A stretch of DNA of 64,000 bases from positions 105,772,001-105,836,000 of the forward strand of contig NW_026262723.1 in assembly GCF_021869535.1 (NCBI RefSeq), written 5' to 3'. The notes under the pieces were generated by a model. It searched no databases. It was not told the DNA's origin and saw only the letters and a list, made by a program, of their open reading frames with translations. Position numbers and translations under genes: made by a program. This document shows positions 23,816 to 37,378 of this stretch, in pieces (positions within the stretch are counted from its first letter, which is position 1; the number at the start of each line of letters is the position of its first letter). This DNA comes from Mytilus californianus. Lineage: Eukaryota.

Positions 23816-25946
23816 GTGTAAGTAAAGATATAAGCAGACTGGGCAAAGCTGAGTCTGTGGAATTTTTTATTCGAAATTCAATGAGATAGATGGGATCAAC
23901 ATAGTCAGCAAACTTTGGTTCATCTCTATATTGGAATGTGAAATTAAAGAAGAATGGTATCTTCTTTTCATTTATCTTGAGAAGCTCATATATGAAGCCT
24001 GCATGCTACGAATAAAAGAACAAGTCGACTAGCAGGGTCGGATTCAGGCGTGGCGGGCGTGCGCCCCCCTAAAATTTGCAAAGCATGGGTTGTCCTCAGC
24101 TTAATAAAGAATATTTCTATAATTTTACCTCAAAAAATTTTCGCCGAGCGGAGGTTCCAAAAGGAAAGTTAACTGTTCAACAAATGCCCACCAAAAGTAA
24201 CAAATACATTGTCGAACAAAACATTTAGCACCTTGTAGATGTCTTTTTCAATGATTTTTTTCACCAGTTTTAGTGATTTGTACTTTTCTAAAATTTCAAT
24301 ACAAGTCATTCTTTTTTATGAAACATGGTTGGAAATTCTAACATTTTGTCTTTAAACCTAGAATGTAACCTAGTAGTATAGAGCTAGTCATTATAGGTGT
24401 ATTTCCAATTCCTGAGCGGTGGTGTAAATAATTGCAGCCATGTAAAATGAATAAATAAGGGCAGATCGTGATTAATTGTATATCGAGATTCAAATGCTTG
24501 GAGAAAAGGATTCAAATGTATGTTAAAACGCAAAGTTTGAATTTGAATGAAACAATTGACACAGACCAGTGTGGAAAGTCATTAGTTATTTAGTGTTAGT
24601 ATGTTGGACAGTGTTTTCCCCCATTAAGTTTATGCATGGTGGTGCCCTCACCAGATGTTTTCTGTGATTTTTTCTGTTGTATGTTAGTATTTGTTCAACG
24701 GTGACAGCACGGTCATCTTGGATTTCAGATTAGTAGTAAAAGCTCGAAATTAGCATTATGCATATTGCCATTCAGTTCATTCAATATCTGGTTATAATGT
24801 TCAAGTTTTTTAGTAGAAGCTATTTGTGTAAATTTCCGATATGATTCTATTCAAACTATGTTCCCCAGTAGTGAAAATCTTTGGGTTTTTTTTTTTCGGA
24901 TAGGCACCAACAACTCAAAATTAGTAGAGGAACACCCTAGATGTATGATTTGGTTTTAATATGTGGGATGGTTTTTGAGAAGCTGTATGTATGCATGTCT
25001 CAAATATATGGTTTTATTATGTTCCAATGTGGTGGCTATTTCTTATTCGGTTTGGCAAGAAAAAACGCCGCGAGTATTCTTTATGCTATAGGATCATCCC
25101 AGTACCATCAGTGCAAGATTCAGTTCAAATGTATGAGACTGTTTACTGAAAAGAAGCTATGTGTGTGTATTTCTCATTGTTTTGTGTTAAACTTTGTTCA
25201 ATTGTGGTGTCTATTTTCAATTTGTTTAGATTGGCAACAAAAAGTCAAAATTGGTATTTGACTATCTAAGGACCATTCCTAAAATATTTTAAATCAATAA
25301 GCCAAGAGATGCCCCAGAAGATCTTTGCAATTTTAGGTAATCAGAATCATTTGTTGCCCGTGCGGTCATTTCAAAATTCAAATCCACACTAAAAAATGGT
25401 ATTTTCAAAAATGAAGATTCCTTTTAAATTTGGTTATAGTTGGCAAGAAAGATTTCGCAGGAGATTAAATTATGAAAAGTTTACAGACGTCACGATGTAA
25501 GAAACCTCACACGACCCTGCGGGCTAGGTGTGTTAATAGGTGTAAAAATTGTGTAAATTTTAATTCGTTTGTTAAACATTTTCTGCCTAGACTCCAAAGG
25601 CTTGGTTGAAGTAAGATAGAAGTATTTTTTTCAGATATAATATTAATTTTTATAAAATGTCAAATCCAACTCATTTGTTCATGATTCTTGATTTCTAAGA
25701 GAAGTCAATGCAGTTATATTGTGTAGACTCAGAGAAATATGAAACGTGATTCTTAAAGATTTGACTGAATTCGAAATGGAAAAAGTAGTACACATTTATT
25801 TTTCTTTCCAAGTTTGTTTATGCATGTTATATGTGCAGAAAGATATAAGAAATGAAATTTTTAACAGTGGTGTAAATTTGTGAAAATAAGAGCATGCAGT
25901 TTTTAATTTTTTGTATTTCAATAGATCAGTGTTGTAAATACCACTG

Positions 25947-26645
25947 CAATTGCATTTGCGCCAATTTTTGAAAAATGCAGTATTTCATTTGCGCCACAGG
26001 GTTCAAATGTATATCATTTGCGCCAAAAAATGAATATTGTTTTGTACCAATTTACAGGTAAACTATAACGGAATCGTTTGGTATATGTTGTACTTGTTCT
26101 CATACAAAACCTGAGAGACACTTAAAGGTATACAATTGCATAGTGTTCACATGTCCGAGGTGACAAGATGGACATAATTCATTCGGAGACAAACGTGAGA
26201 GCAGGAAATACGTCTGCATCTAATTTTAATGCCTCTTAATTACTATATCTAATGTATTGAAAAACTGAGACAAATCGCTGATCGTATAGATTAAAACAAG
26301 AAAGTTACAAAGTAACAACAGATGTGGACAGCAAAACCATTATAAAACATTGAATGATAGTCAACCACGGTTTAGGCCAGGAAAAAGGACAATCTCGGCA
26401 TTTAAAAAAAATAACAGTGTTTAATGTTTTCATTTTGATTAATTGGTGAATGTGATTTATGATGAATACGTTATATTATGATGTCAAAACTATAATTTAA
26501 CATTATCATTAAAAGTCTCTCTTCAATATACTAGATTAATTACTTAAATTTCTGGCGCAAAAAAATGTATTATTTTGGCGCAAATGAAATATGGTTTGTG
26601 ACACAGATGAAACTGATATTTTTTGCGCAAATGAAATGCCAATTG
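25947..26645. mobile_element. MITE-like element with inverted subterminal repeats
   Basis: Three catttgcgcca motifs on the left, three (tg)gcgcaaa(tg) motifs on the right, and caattg termini. Confidence 0.55.
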
Positions 26646-29319
26646 ACTCAAAAGCAAAGCACAGCATTAACAAACACAAATTTAGAGTTTTAAACAAATA
26701 AAGATAAAGTTGAACATTGTAAGATAATTGTAAGAGTCTGTTAGGCCTTGCGAGTTTAGTCCCTTTACATAATAACATGTATAAATAAATGACTATTTGT
26801 ACGTTGGACTCTTTAGTAGCTAGTACAAATGATTTATAAAACAATACATGGCATCATATCACACTTAGCGGGGTTTGTTTTGTATTCAACAATGCTCTCT
26901 TTTATTTGGCTGCCTGAGAGATGATCTAAAAAAAAATGCAAATGGAAACTAGAACTGTCCACCAAGTTGGAGTAGTAACTATTTTTTATAGCGAAGTATG
27001 CTAGTGACTAAAATACGGGGAATAAAAAAGGTGAACATTTTATCACTAGACCAATATTTATGTAAGCTTGTACTTTGTGCATTCGAATCGTTAAATAGTG
27101 TTCCTGTGTGTATGGTGTATTATATAGCTGGTGTGGCTGAGTGGACATAAGTCTAAGCACTTAACTAATATAATGTAAATAAACTAAGTGTCCCACGTCC
27201 TCAGTTCTAATGCCTGCTTTATAAAAGACCCCATAATCTTTAACCTGAAACCACTTTTGTTTGGAATTTCTTTTTACAGTGACAATTACATATTTGTCAG
27301 GGAGGTCAAACAAGATGTGACATGAGTGGTCAAAGATCCATTAAGTTTTTTTTTTAATTCTGAATAGTATCAACGGTTCCATTCATAAAAAAATCACTAT
27401 ATGTGTAATCGTTTTCACGTTTTGTCCATTGACTGGTATAATCCTCGGCTAAATCCATTAACTGTTTTAACTTGAGTTGTGTTACCGGATAAAAGATTTA
27501 GTCTGACGGTATTTCGGTCCCTTGGTTTATACATTTCGTAGAGAAGTATGTTGTTTATGTTTAACCTGCAACACGTATTTGAAGTTGAGAAATTTTAGAT
27601 GCAATTGGTGAGTTATATGTTTATCAGATGTTTTGAACGGATTTTAAAAGTGAGGTATTTGTGATTTTACTGATTAAGAATGAAGAATATTACTTAAAAG
27701 ATGACACTAATAAATATTAATCTTAAAAGTCTAGGAACAAACCTAAGTTGTACGACTTTGCCCCCCGCAGAGCTATAGAAAAACAGTACATTAACGGGTG
27801 TTACACGGACTCTTTTTAGATGATACACGGACTCTTTTTAGTTGTTACACGGACACTTTTTATGAATAGATTCACTCGTGCATGATCAGTGAGTTCATGG
27901 GCACTTTAACTTTCAATTAGATTTGAACTTTTTGGTTCACCGACATATTTCCTGTCTTTTTATTAAACAAAATATTTACGTTAGCATCAATATCTTTTTT
28001 CAAACATTTTCAGTAAAATACTATTCATATCAGTACACTAAGGGATTAGACATTTAACTTCAAAAAGGGGGGGGGGGGGTATGGTTTTCTCCTAAAAAAA
28101 GATATTTTGATCCCAAATTTTATGAGAAAAAATTTACTATGGTCAAGCAGATGACAAATTAATGTTCTGCATGATTCCTGATACCGTATAGTGCTAATTT
28201 AAACAAAAATATTTGGGTGATGGCGTTGAAAAGTAAAAAGTTAATATACTCAGAAAAGAACCGCCCCATTTATGAAGCGAAATAATCGGTCAATAAATGT
28301 TTTCTTCGATATATGGACATGAATAGTATTTTGGACAATGCTGAAAGTAAAGAAATGATGATACCGACGTTCATATTTCAATAAAAAAAGACAGGAAATA
28401 AGTAAATAAAAATCAAATCTTATCAAAAGATAAAATCCCTATCAACTCACCAATGCACGATTGATCCTATAAAAAAAAAGTGTTCGTGTAATACACGTCC
28501 AAATAAGCAGCAAATCTAGAAGAAAATCATTCAACTTATGTCATCAATTTTGGACGGTAAGCTGCGATTGGACCATATAGTAACACGTGTTTAATCCCGA
28601 TCAACACTTGCAGATCTAGAGACGAGCATGAATTTAAAAAAAAAATCAAAGTATATGCCTGAATATATATAATATTAAGACAAAATCCATTTTTTCATAA
28701 CATTTCATTTACTAATGAAGTAGGAAATTCATTTTTTTGATACATTTATATTGTTATTGAATTTATATATACATATATATCAGAGCGGATCCAGCCATTT
28801 TAAAAAAAGGGGGTTCTCAATCCAGGACAAAACAGGGGAGGGGGTCCAACTATATGTCCCCATTTAAATGTATTGATCGTTCAAAAAAGGGGTGTTACAA
28901 CCCCTGGGACCCCCACCACTGAATATTGAATTCATGTATTTGGCAACAAACGTGCGATTTTTACGATTTTTTTAAAGGGGGAATGGAGGGATGGAATGGC
29001 ACATTCTGCATTTTTTCATCAAAATAAAGATCACAGCCTGTTTATTTTAAATTAAATTAGGCCCCCCCTCCCCGCTTTCCGTTTCATCCATAAAAATCAA
29101 ACGTTAGCTTACTTACCACTAAAATATTTCTTTAATATATTACTTTTTTACGAAGTTGCATTTTATAAAGTCTTAAATGTGTACAACATTCATCTTTTAC
29201 TTGATATGGTTCTTTTTTATCAAATTATTAGATTCCTGATTTTTTTCTTGAAAAAAACTCTCGGTTGAAGCGAAATGAAAAAAAAAAGTGTGTAATTGTA
29301 AATGCTCTTTTGTTCCTAC

Positions 29320-30130
29320 GTTGGAAAGTTCCGGGCGGAAAGAACTAACTAGCCGAAAAGTTCCGGAGGAACTTATTAACTAGTTACTTTGTTCTTCCTC
29401 TGGTTTAAAAGTTCCACCGGAACAAAGTGACTAGTTGAAAAGTTCCAACGGAACATATCAACTTGTTAGAAAGTTCCTTTTTGCCAAATTAGTCAAAACC
29501 GGAACTAACAAACTAGCCCAAGAGTTCCAACGGAACTTATCAACCAGGCAGAAAGTTCCATTTGGAGAATTGATGCAAAGTAAAAGCGCAACATATTATA
29601 TTTGAACCTTTAAAAGGGAAACCAAGATACTGAATATACCATATTTCGTCCTTTTTGTAGAAAGAGGGGGAAGAATGAGTATCAGTATATATAAGAGCAA
29701 ATCATTAATTTACAAGAATACCCAACGCACTGAAAGGGGTTACTTTGGGGACAAATATGCAAAATTTAAGTTGTATTTCATAGCTCACATAAAACGGAAT
29801 AAGTTGCATTATCATGCAAATTTAGTATTCATAGTACCCTCAAGAGAGGGAAGAATACCCCCCTCCTCATGTGGTTCTTTGCATCAATTCTCCAAATGGA
29901 ACTTTGTGACTGGTTGATAAGTTCCGTTGGAACTTTTGGGCTAGTTTGTTAGTTCCGGTTTTGACTTATTTGCCAAAGAGGTTCTTTGTGGCTAGTTGAT
30001 AAGTTCCTTTTTCCGGAACTTTTCGACTGCACTCGGAATAAAACAACTAGTTGGAAAGTTCCATCGGAACGAAATAACTAGTTGAAAAGATCCGCCGGAA
30101 CAAAGTAACTGACGGAACATAGTGGCTGTT
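29320..30130. mobile_element. Foldback-like element built of self-palindromic units of about 31 bp
   Basis: Repeated gaaaagttccNNcggaacNNNNNaactagtt; an inverted repeat of about 100 bp between 29478-29580 and 29877-29980. Confidence 0.6.
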
Positions 30131-30235
30131 ACATTTATACTATAACTTACATTTACTGCTTTATGGCTATCTCAGTTTCTCAAATGTTTAGTCTTGCAAA
30201 ATGTATTATTACTTTCTTGAAACGTCGTACAAGTC

Positions 30236-30419
30236 AGATACAAAACAAAAGTAACAAAAAAACAGGCCGGAAACAACCTGCCGTATAGTTTTTCTGCACT
30301 TGTAGTCAGGTCAAGGTCCTCGGCTATCGCCTCGGACCTTGACCTGACTACTCGTGCAGAAAAACTATCCGGCAACGGTTGTTACCGGCCTGTTTCTTTG
30401 TTACCTTTGTATTGTATCT
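30236..30419. repeat. Long imperfect palindrome (arms of about 85 bp)
   Basis: agatacaa...gtagtcaggtcaaggtcc / ggaccttgacctgactac...ttgtatct around a central ctcggctatcgcctcgg. Confidence 0.85.
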
Positions 30420-33293
30420 AATACATAATAGCTGTCACTTCCAAACATGATTTGTTTTAAGATTTCAAGTTCGAAATGGACGTTGAAGATATTTGCGTGT
30501 GGATTTGATAAAGCCCTAACGGTTTTGCGTAGAATTCATGTTTCCCATGCTAAGAATTCGACCAGCTAATTTAAAGTTTTTACATTGAGGTGCCATAAAC
30601 ACAAGCAGTTCTCGATGGTAGAACTTTGTATTGAACAGATACGTCATCTTTCTTTTTGTTTGTACCTTTTAGAAATTGACATATTGCATAAAAATACCAT
30701 TTATTAATACTTTTTCATTTTTTTTTTTAAAGATTTCCTTATATAGTGATAGTGACTATGTTTCATAAAAGTACAATTCTTAGTCACAGACATAACTATA
30801 AGGTACAATTATTACATGCATGTGTGAACGGCAAAACAATGACTTAGAGGACTGACTTTCACATTCTTCTTCTTCCTTGTACATTTATAACTTTGAATGT
30901 TTTTTTCAATAATTAAAATTTGTTGCGTTAAATATAGTTGATCAGATTTATAGATAAAAGGGATGGACCCACAGTACTGTGGTAAAAAGGTCCTTCTTTC
31001 TAAATCAAGGCATTTACAAATCATAATGTAGTGGTACTCGTCATCAATGTCGCTTGAGTCACAGAGACGGTGGACTCTGTCTTCGCTCTGTTAACCCTGC
31101 CACCTCAAAGACTCAGTTGGCAGATTGTGAGTGACTATCACATTTATATTTTATGATTCAAAATCTTGTATTTTTTGTTTCTTGAATAAGAAATGTCAAA
31201 TTTAATGAGATTAAGTATGTATTGTCTTGAACCTGATTAAAAAACCTTATAAAACAGGACATGACATGAAATCCAATTAAAAACTCAACCTAATTACAGT
31301 CAATTGTAATCTGTGAATAACAGTAGTGTCCTGGTATTTAATTCTTTTGCAAGTAAGTTGATAGTAGTTTTACTCTATGATATTAGAAAGTTCAAACGTA
31401 AGTTTACTGAATTTCATTATTGTTTTATTTCGATTAGAAAATACAAATATATCAGAAATGTATTTTTATTTAATTTCATCAAGATAAAAATAAATATAAA
31501 TAAACTTGAATTTGCGATAATTTTGTATTTAATATACTTAATTGCCTTCCTGATTTACGCTATTAGATTTTTTTATATATCAAAAAATAAAAAAAATAAT
31601 ATTAAAAAAAAATTTAAATTACAAGGACTTTCTTGTATTTGTTGACTAACCTTTGAAAAATATATACACTGTATTATGAAGTGCGTTGTCATTGTAATTC
31701 GAGTCGCGTCAGTGACAAGTTACAGTCCGTTTTAGTCGGAATTAATAAACACATGTTGACACCGGTTTTTAATCCGATCATTTCAAGTAAAATGGACATG
31801 AAATATCCCAACAGCATTTTCCACTTTTAAATCATTTAATGGACGTTTTATTTTCTGTTCAGGAATTATTTTTCTGTAAATTGCATTAATCGTCATTTGA
31901 AATGCAGATTTTAATGAATGAAATTTAAATGTTTGTGATCGATGTTTGTGGTTATTCTATTTTTATGTACCTCGACATTATCTGGGAAAGTTTGAATTAA
32001 AACGTGACGTAAACTTGAATACATTATATCAACCCATATTCTAACCTTCTTTAATTATGGTCAATAGAAAACAAATATTGTGTAGCCATAACAGTCAAGC
32101 ACAATGTAAAATAAGTCATTACTTGATCACACGCTTGACGAGAACTTCTGAATTCGGTAATATATATTATATTCTTTTTGCTCTCCGTCTTCTCCTTTTT
32201 ATGTCAAATACAACTGTAATAAATATTTGATAAATAATGAACGCTTGATACGTTGAACGAGTTAGGATTCTCTTTTTGAATGTTCAACTGTTATGAAAAT
32301 ATTGTCATACAAAATTTTTATAACGGAAAAAAAAACGATAACTTCTTAAATCAGTAATTATTTTTTTAGATTGATCCATCACTTAAAAATCCAATAGTAA
32401 GAAACGATTTCAGCGTTTCCTTTATTAGCGATAGCGATTTCTCCTTGCGATTATTTGTTTTGTTGCTATAGTATTGCACCTTATACTGTTACACGTAGGT
32501 CACATTTCAGAACGGACTTTTAAATAATAATGACTAATTATCATTAAACTTAGGTTTAATAGTGAGAACGTTGATATAATCGACCAGAAGTGTAAATGTG
32601 CAAACAGGTAATGTAATCGCTATATTATTATCATTCTTTTATTAAAAGGCAGTATTTTCTTTTTCTTTTTTTTTTCAACTTTAATACAAGTGGTAAGGGT
32701 AAGATTTGGTGTCGCATATTTGTATTATAGTTCAAAATTGGAAACAATATACCGGTATAAATCTTTTCGTTCCAGATAAAAACCCTGGAGGAAATTTGTC
32801 CCAAATTCGGCAGAAATTTTTTTGACTGAATAGTTTAGAAAAAAAGTTTTTAATATAACTCACGGGAGTGTAATACAACTTGAGGAATACAACGAACATG
32901 ACCAGTATAATAACGGGTTACATTATACCGGTCAACGGTTGATCGTTTTCGAAAGACGCAGATTTTATTAAATATATATTTATCATATATTCATCGCTAA
33001 GCGGTTCTAGTTCAAATGTTGTTTTCAAAATTGGAAAGGCAGAATTCAAATATTTGTAAAGAATAATAACATTGGTGATAATCATTTCTCGTGTGAATGA
33101 CAAATTAATGACATCAATTGTATGATATATGTTATCAAATTATGATTTGATATACAGATTCTGTTTTGACATGAAATTTTCATTAATGTAAATTTATTTG
33201 ATTCAAATTCTTGATACGAGCATGTCATGGGTATAATAAAAATCTTATCATTGTATTTATTTTGTCATTTGATTTCAGATTTCGTAAGAAAAA

Positions 33294-33880
33294 ATGTCGG
33301 ATCCTTTATTATGGAACTGTGATAGAGTGAAACAATTTTTATGTGAGAACGGGTTTCAAGAATACCAGAAACTACTATGTGATGAGAACAGAATCGACGG
33401 TCGTGTTCTTCTAACATTGACAGAAAAGGATTTATTTCAACTTCAAATATCAGCATTAGGCGATGTCAAAAGACTATTGTTTGCAATCCAAGACCTTCAG
33501 ATCAGACAGAATTCACGGTTACAAGATCAAAATTATCATAATGACTGTCAATCCTCATCTTCTTCAGAAAGTTCCTACATGATAGATATTCTAGATTCCT
33601 CTGACGACGAAAAACATAACTATAGACCAAAACGGAAAATTAACCAAGAAATATGGAAGACGGGTGTCAGCATTGTCTATACATTTTTTGTACATTTTGT
33701 GACTAGTTTTGCCATCATAGTTGCACAAGAGCGCATGCCTGACAAAAAGAAATATCGCCCATTACCTGACGTTATGTTAGATAGCATATCTTATGTACCG
33801 TGGGCATATAAAGTGACAGAGGGGGTTATTTTAGCTGGATTTATTACGTATTTTATAATATTAGTGTTTCACAAATATAG
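33294..33880 (+). CDS. SMSr-like copy 2 coding exon 1
   Basis: Acceptor gatttcag ends at 33278; ATG at 33294; donor tatag|gtacgt, phase 2. Confidence 0.92.
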
Positions 33881-36800
33881 GTACGTATATATTCAGATGA
33901 ACAAAGCAAGAAAAACACAGTACTTTGTGAGAGGTTTAGCGCTTTAAAACCAGGTTTAATCCACCATTTTCTACATAAGAAAATGCCTGTACCAAGTCAG
34001 GAATATGACAGTTGTTGTCCATTCGTTTGATGTGTTTGTGCTTTTGATTTTGCCATTTGATTAGGGACTTTCCGTTTTTAATTTTCCTCGGAGTTCAGAA
34101 ATTTTGTGATTTAACTTTTTGCAGAGAATATCTTTTCATTTTTAAGCAGAAAATTAAAGAACATATATAGAAAGACAGTTTATGCTCCGTTCGGATTTAT
34201 ATCACCAACAAGGAAACCAAAGTATAAAATAAAATTAAGAAGATATGGTATGATTACCAGTGAGACAACTCTCAACCAGAGACCAAATGGCGTAGAAGGT
34301 TGGCAACTAGATGTCATCGTACGGCGTCCAACAAGATATATAAGCCTTTGAAAATTTGGCAGGAATCGATTCTCTCTAGATTTTCATAAAATTAACATCA
34401 GCCCCTTTTTTCTTTCAAAAACTATGAAAAAAATAACAAGGATTTTATAAGATTTTCAAATATGGCTTTTTAAACTATATGTTATAAAATATGAAAAGAA
34501 AAGTAAGGGTTTGTGGGCAAACATTTTAATGGCACTACATGGATAAAACCAGTAGATTCCAAAAATCTGGCAAAAATTCAAAAACAAGAGGAGCGAACAT
34601 CCTTAAAGGCCCCGAAATATCAAACATAAAACAATTCAAATATAAAAAAGAAGATGTGGTATGATTGCCAATGAGACAACTCTCAACAAGAGACCAAAAT
34701 TAATGACACAGAAATTAACAACTAGAGGGTACCGTGCGTCCTTCAACAATGAGCAAAGCCGCATAGTCAGCTATAAAAGGCCCCGAAATGACAAATGTAA
34801 AACAATTCAAACGAGAAAACCAACGGCCTAATTTGTGTACAAAATAATAAACGAAAAACAAACAAGTAACACAGCAACAAACGACAACCACTGAATTACA
34901 GGCTCCTAACTTGGGACAGGCACATACAGAATGTGGTGGGGTTAAATATGTTAGCAGGCGCACAACCCTCCCCTAACCTGGGACAGTGGTGTAACAGTAC
35001 AACATAAGAACAAACTATAGAAATCAGTTGAAAAAGGCTTAACTCATCTGATGGATACAAATAGAAATACATCTTACAAAAACACGGAGTGGACGTGGCA
35101 GGGTACTTATACATCCCAACAACAAAAAGACACTTAAGTACAGATCTGAGAGTACTCGCAGTTACTGACAGCTAGTTCAAAGCCAATAACAACTAATAAA
35201 AAAAATCATGCATCTAAGACTAAATGCTCATTTCGTGTAGCTGTACATAAACCGTCCCTCGAATAGTAATTATGGTAAAGGTAATGGATTTCATTTAAGT
35301 CTCTTTAAGCAAGTACGAAGAAGACGAAACAATACCATTTAAAATAAGTATCAAAGCTGTTTTTTTGTTATGTGTTAACCTGCTTTCTCTCTAGATATTT
35401 AAAAGTCACGTTATTGAAATGTTCAGGTCTATATTAAAGTAAAAGTTAATTTTTGTATTAGGATTTGACACGCGATCTTCAAACATGCATTGTCAGAAGA
35501 AAGTCAGACTGATCTCCAAAACCTAATAATAGGAGTACTAACCCTAAGCTGCTAGGTAATCCTTGCATGCTTGGAGATTTAATGTAATCCATAATACTTA
35601 GGGTATGTAGTCATAATATATAATTTGATAATAACTTATAAAACAATTTGTATATTTTCAGGTTTATAATACTCAGAAGAATGTTTGTCATTGCCGCCTC
35701 CATATTTTTATTTCGCAGTATATGTGTTGTCGTCACCTCATTACCTATGCCTCAAGAACATTTTAACTGTGAAAAACTGGTATGTTGTCACAATTTTTAA
35801 ACGAATGTTATATCCAATATATATAAAGTCAACTATGTCCATACATAATTAATTTTAGTCACAGAGAATATGCACCGCATTGTCGATTGATTATAGTTAG
35901 AGGCCGAACGCCCAGTATTACAGATAAGTACTCGAAACGAGGCCAAATTAAATTATGAAACACTCAAAAAGCTTTTGACAAGATTTCGAATGGTATAAAG
36001 AATGGGTATTTTTACAATAAGATTTGTGGTATTCTCTTTGCATTGTTATAGACAAACAAATGGAAACAAACATTCAGAATCCACCGCTGTATAGCGTCAA
36101 CTTAGCCTCTCACAATCTTTTTCTCATATATATATATATATGTATACAGCTTTGAATTTAGATTGAACGTGTCTACTCCGACGAATTACAATCATAATAC
36201 TTTGCTTGTAAAAAATCTTTGTGTTAAGTTTGATCTAATTCAACATTATTGATACGCATGATCAACAAATGAAATTAAATGAAAAAATGAAGCAGACATA
36301 ATGTAGAATTTAAATAAACACGATTCAAAAGATGTAATAAGTTTTAAAAAAATCTTTAATAACTGCACATGTAATGTTAAATTATATTTTTAGGTATTTA
36401 AAAACGGCTGGGAAAGATTTTCCAGAGCACTAGAGATTTATTCCGGAATGGGAATGAAAGTCTCCGGATTAAAAACTTGTGGAGATTACATGTTCAGTGG
36501 ACATACAGTCACCATAACAACTCTCATTCTTCTCATAAATGAATGTAAGTAAATTTTATTTATGTCCCGTTACATCACATTTTCTTCGTAATATCATATG
36601 GAACTCAATAAATTATGATTTACATTAAAAAAAAAGTCCAACGACACGAAAAGAGAAAGAAAAAGAAATAAACACTTATATTATCAGCCATACTGGAGAC
36701 ATCTTCAGTATCTAAATGACCAGTTGTAAACAGATTCAAAATATAGAGTCCCCTTTGTAGATTATTCTAACTGTCGGGTATCCCGTGTAATTGAAAATGA

Positions 36801-37378
36801 TCACAGCTTTTTGCTACAGCTATAGTTTTACTTTTTAAAGATTTAACTATTCCTTTTGATTCACATAAAAAGTCAGAAGTAGAGCCAATTTCCCCGGAAT
36901 TTATTTTTCAACAAGACCATATTCAAAAAGTCTTTCAATATTTACTTAAATTTGTAGTATCACAGCCCAATGTGTGTACGTTGACAACGTCATAATTTTA
37001 TTTTTTTTAATTTCAGATACACCAAAAAGATGGATATTACTACACACACTGGTGTGGATTGTGGGGTTGTTTGGTATTTTCTTCATTTTAGCAGGACACG
37101 GACACTATACCTTAGATGTGATAGTAGCATTTTATATTACATCACGGTTATTTCAATATCACCACATCCTAGCAAACAATAAGACTTTAATGACAAGAGA
37201 TCAGAGTAGACTTAAGAAATGGTTCCCAGTCTTTCATTTTTTCGAATCAAATTGTGATGGAATAGTTCCAAATGAATACGAGTGGCCATTAACTATTGTG
37301 GAATCAGCAATGCAACGGTGTGCAAAACTCAGGAACTATATATCTTCATTGCTTTCAAGAGATAAACAGCTGATCTAG
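33294..37378 (+). CDS. Divergent SAM-domain sphingomyelin synthase family paralogue (SMSr-like copy 2), 405 aa; exons 33294-33880, 35662-35779, 36394-36544, 37017-37378
   Basis: SAM domain ([15 protein letters not shown]...[10 protein letters not shown]), [55 protein letters not shown]. The frame is intact (1218 nt), and intron positions and phases are identical to copy 1. Confidence 0.93.
34640..35225 (+). repeat. High-copy interspersed repeat family A (gattgccaatgagacaact...), in intron 1 of copy 2
   Basis: Related copies lie at about 1860-2200 (inverted), 34250-34330, 43250-44200, 47140-47350 plus 48270-49050, and 57830-57945. Confidence 0.8.
35662..35779 (+). CDS. SMSr-like copy 2 coding exon 2
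   Basis: 118 nt, [40 protein letters not shown]; flanked by ttttcag and gtatgt. Confidence 0.92.
36394..36544 (+). CDS. SMSr-like copy 2 coding exon 3
   Basis: 151 nt, [50 protein letters not shown](Y). Confidence 0.93.
37017..37378 (+). CDS. SMSr-like copy 2 last coding exon
   Basis: [54 protein letters not shown]...RDKQLI*. Confidence 0.93.

Noticed and set aside
29320-30130. CRISPR-like look of the regularly spaced palindromic 31-bp units
   Set aside because: The context is eukaryotic with no cas genes, the intervening bases are short and homologous rather than unique spacers, and the array is inverted at the far end, as in a foldback transposon.
31313-31645. 110-aa Ile/Lys/Phe-rich ORF
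   Set aside because: It has a non-ATG start and the composition expected from extremely AT-rich non-coding DNA.
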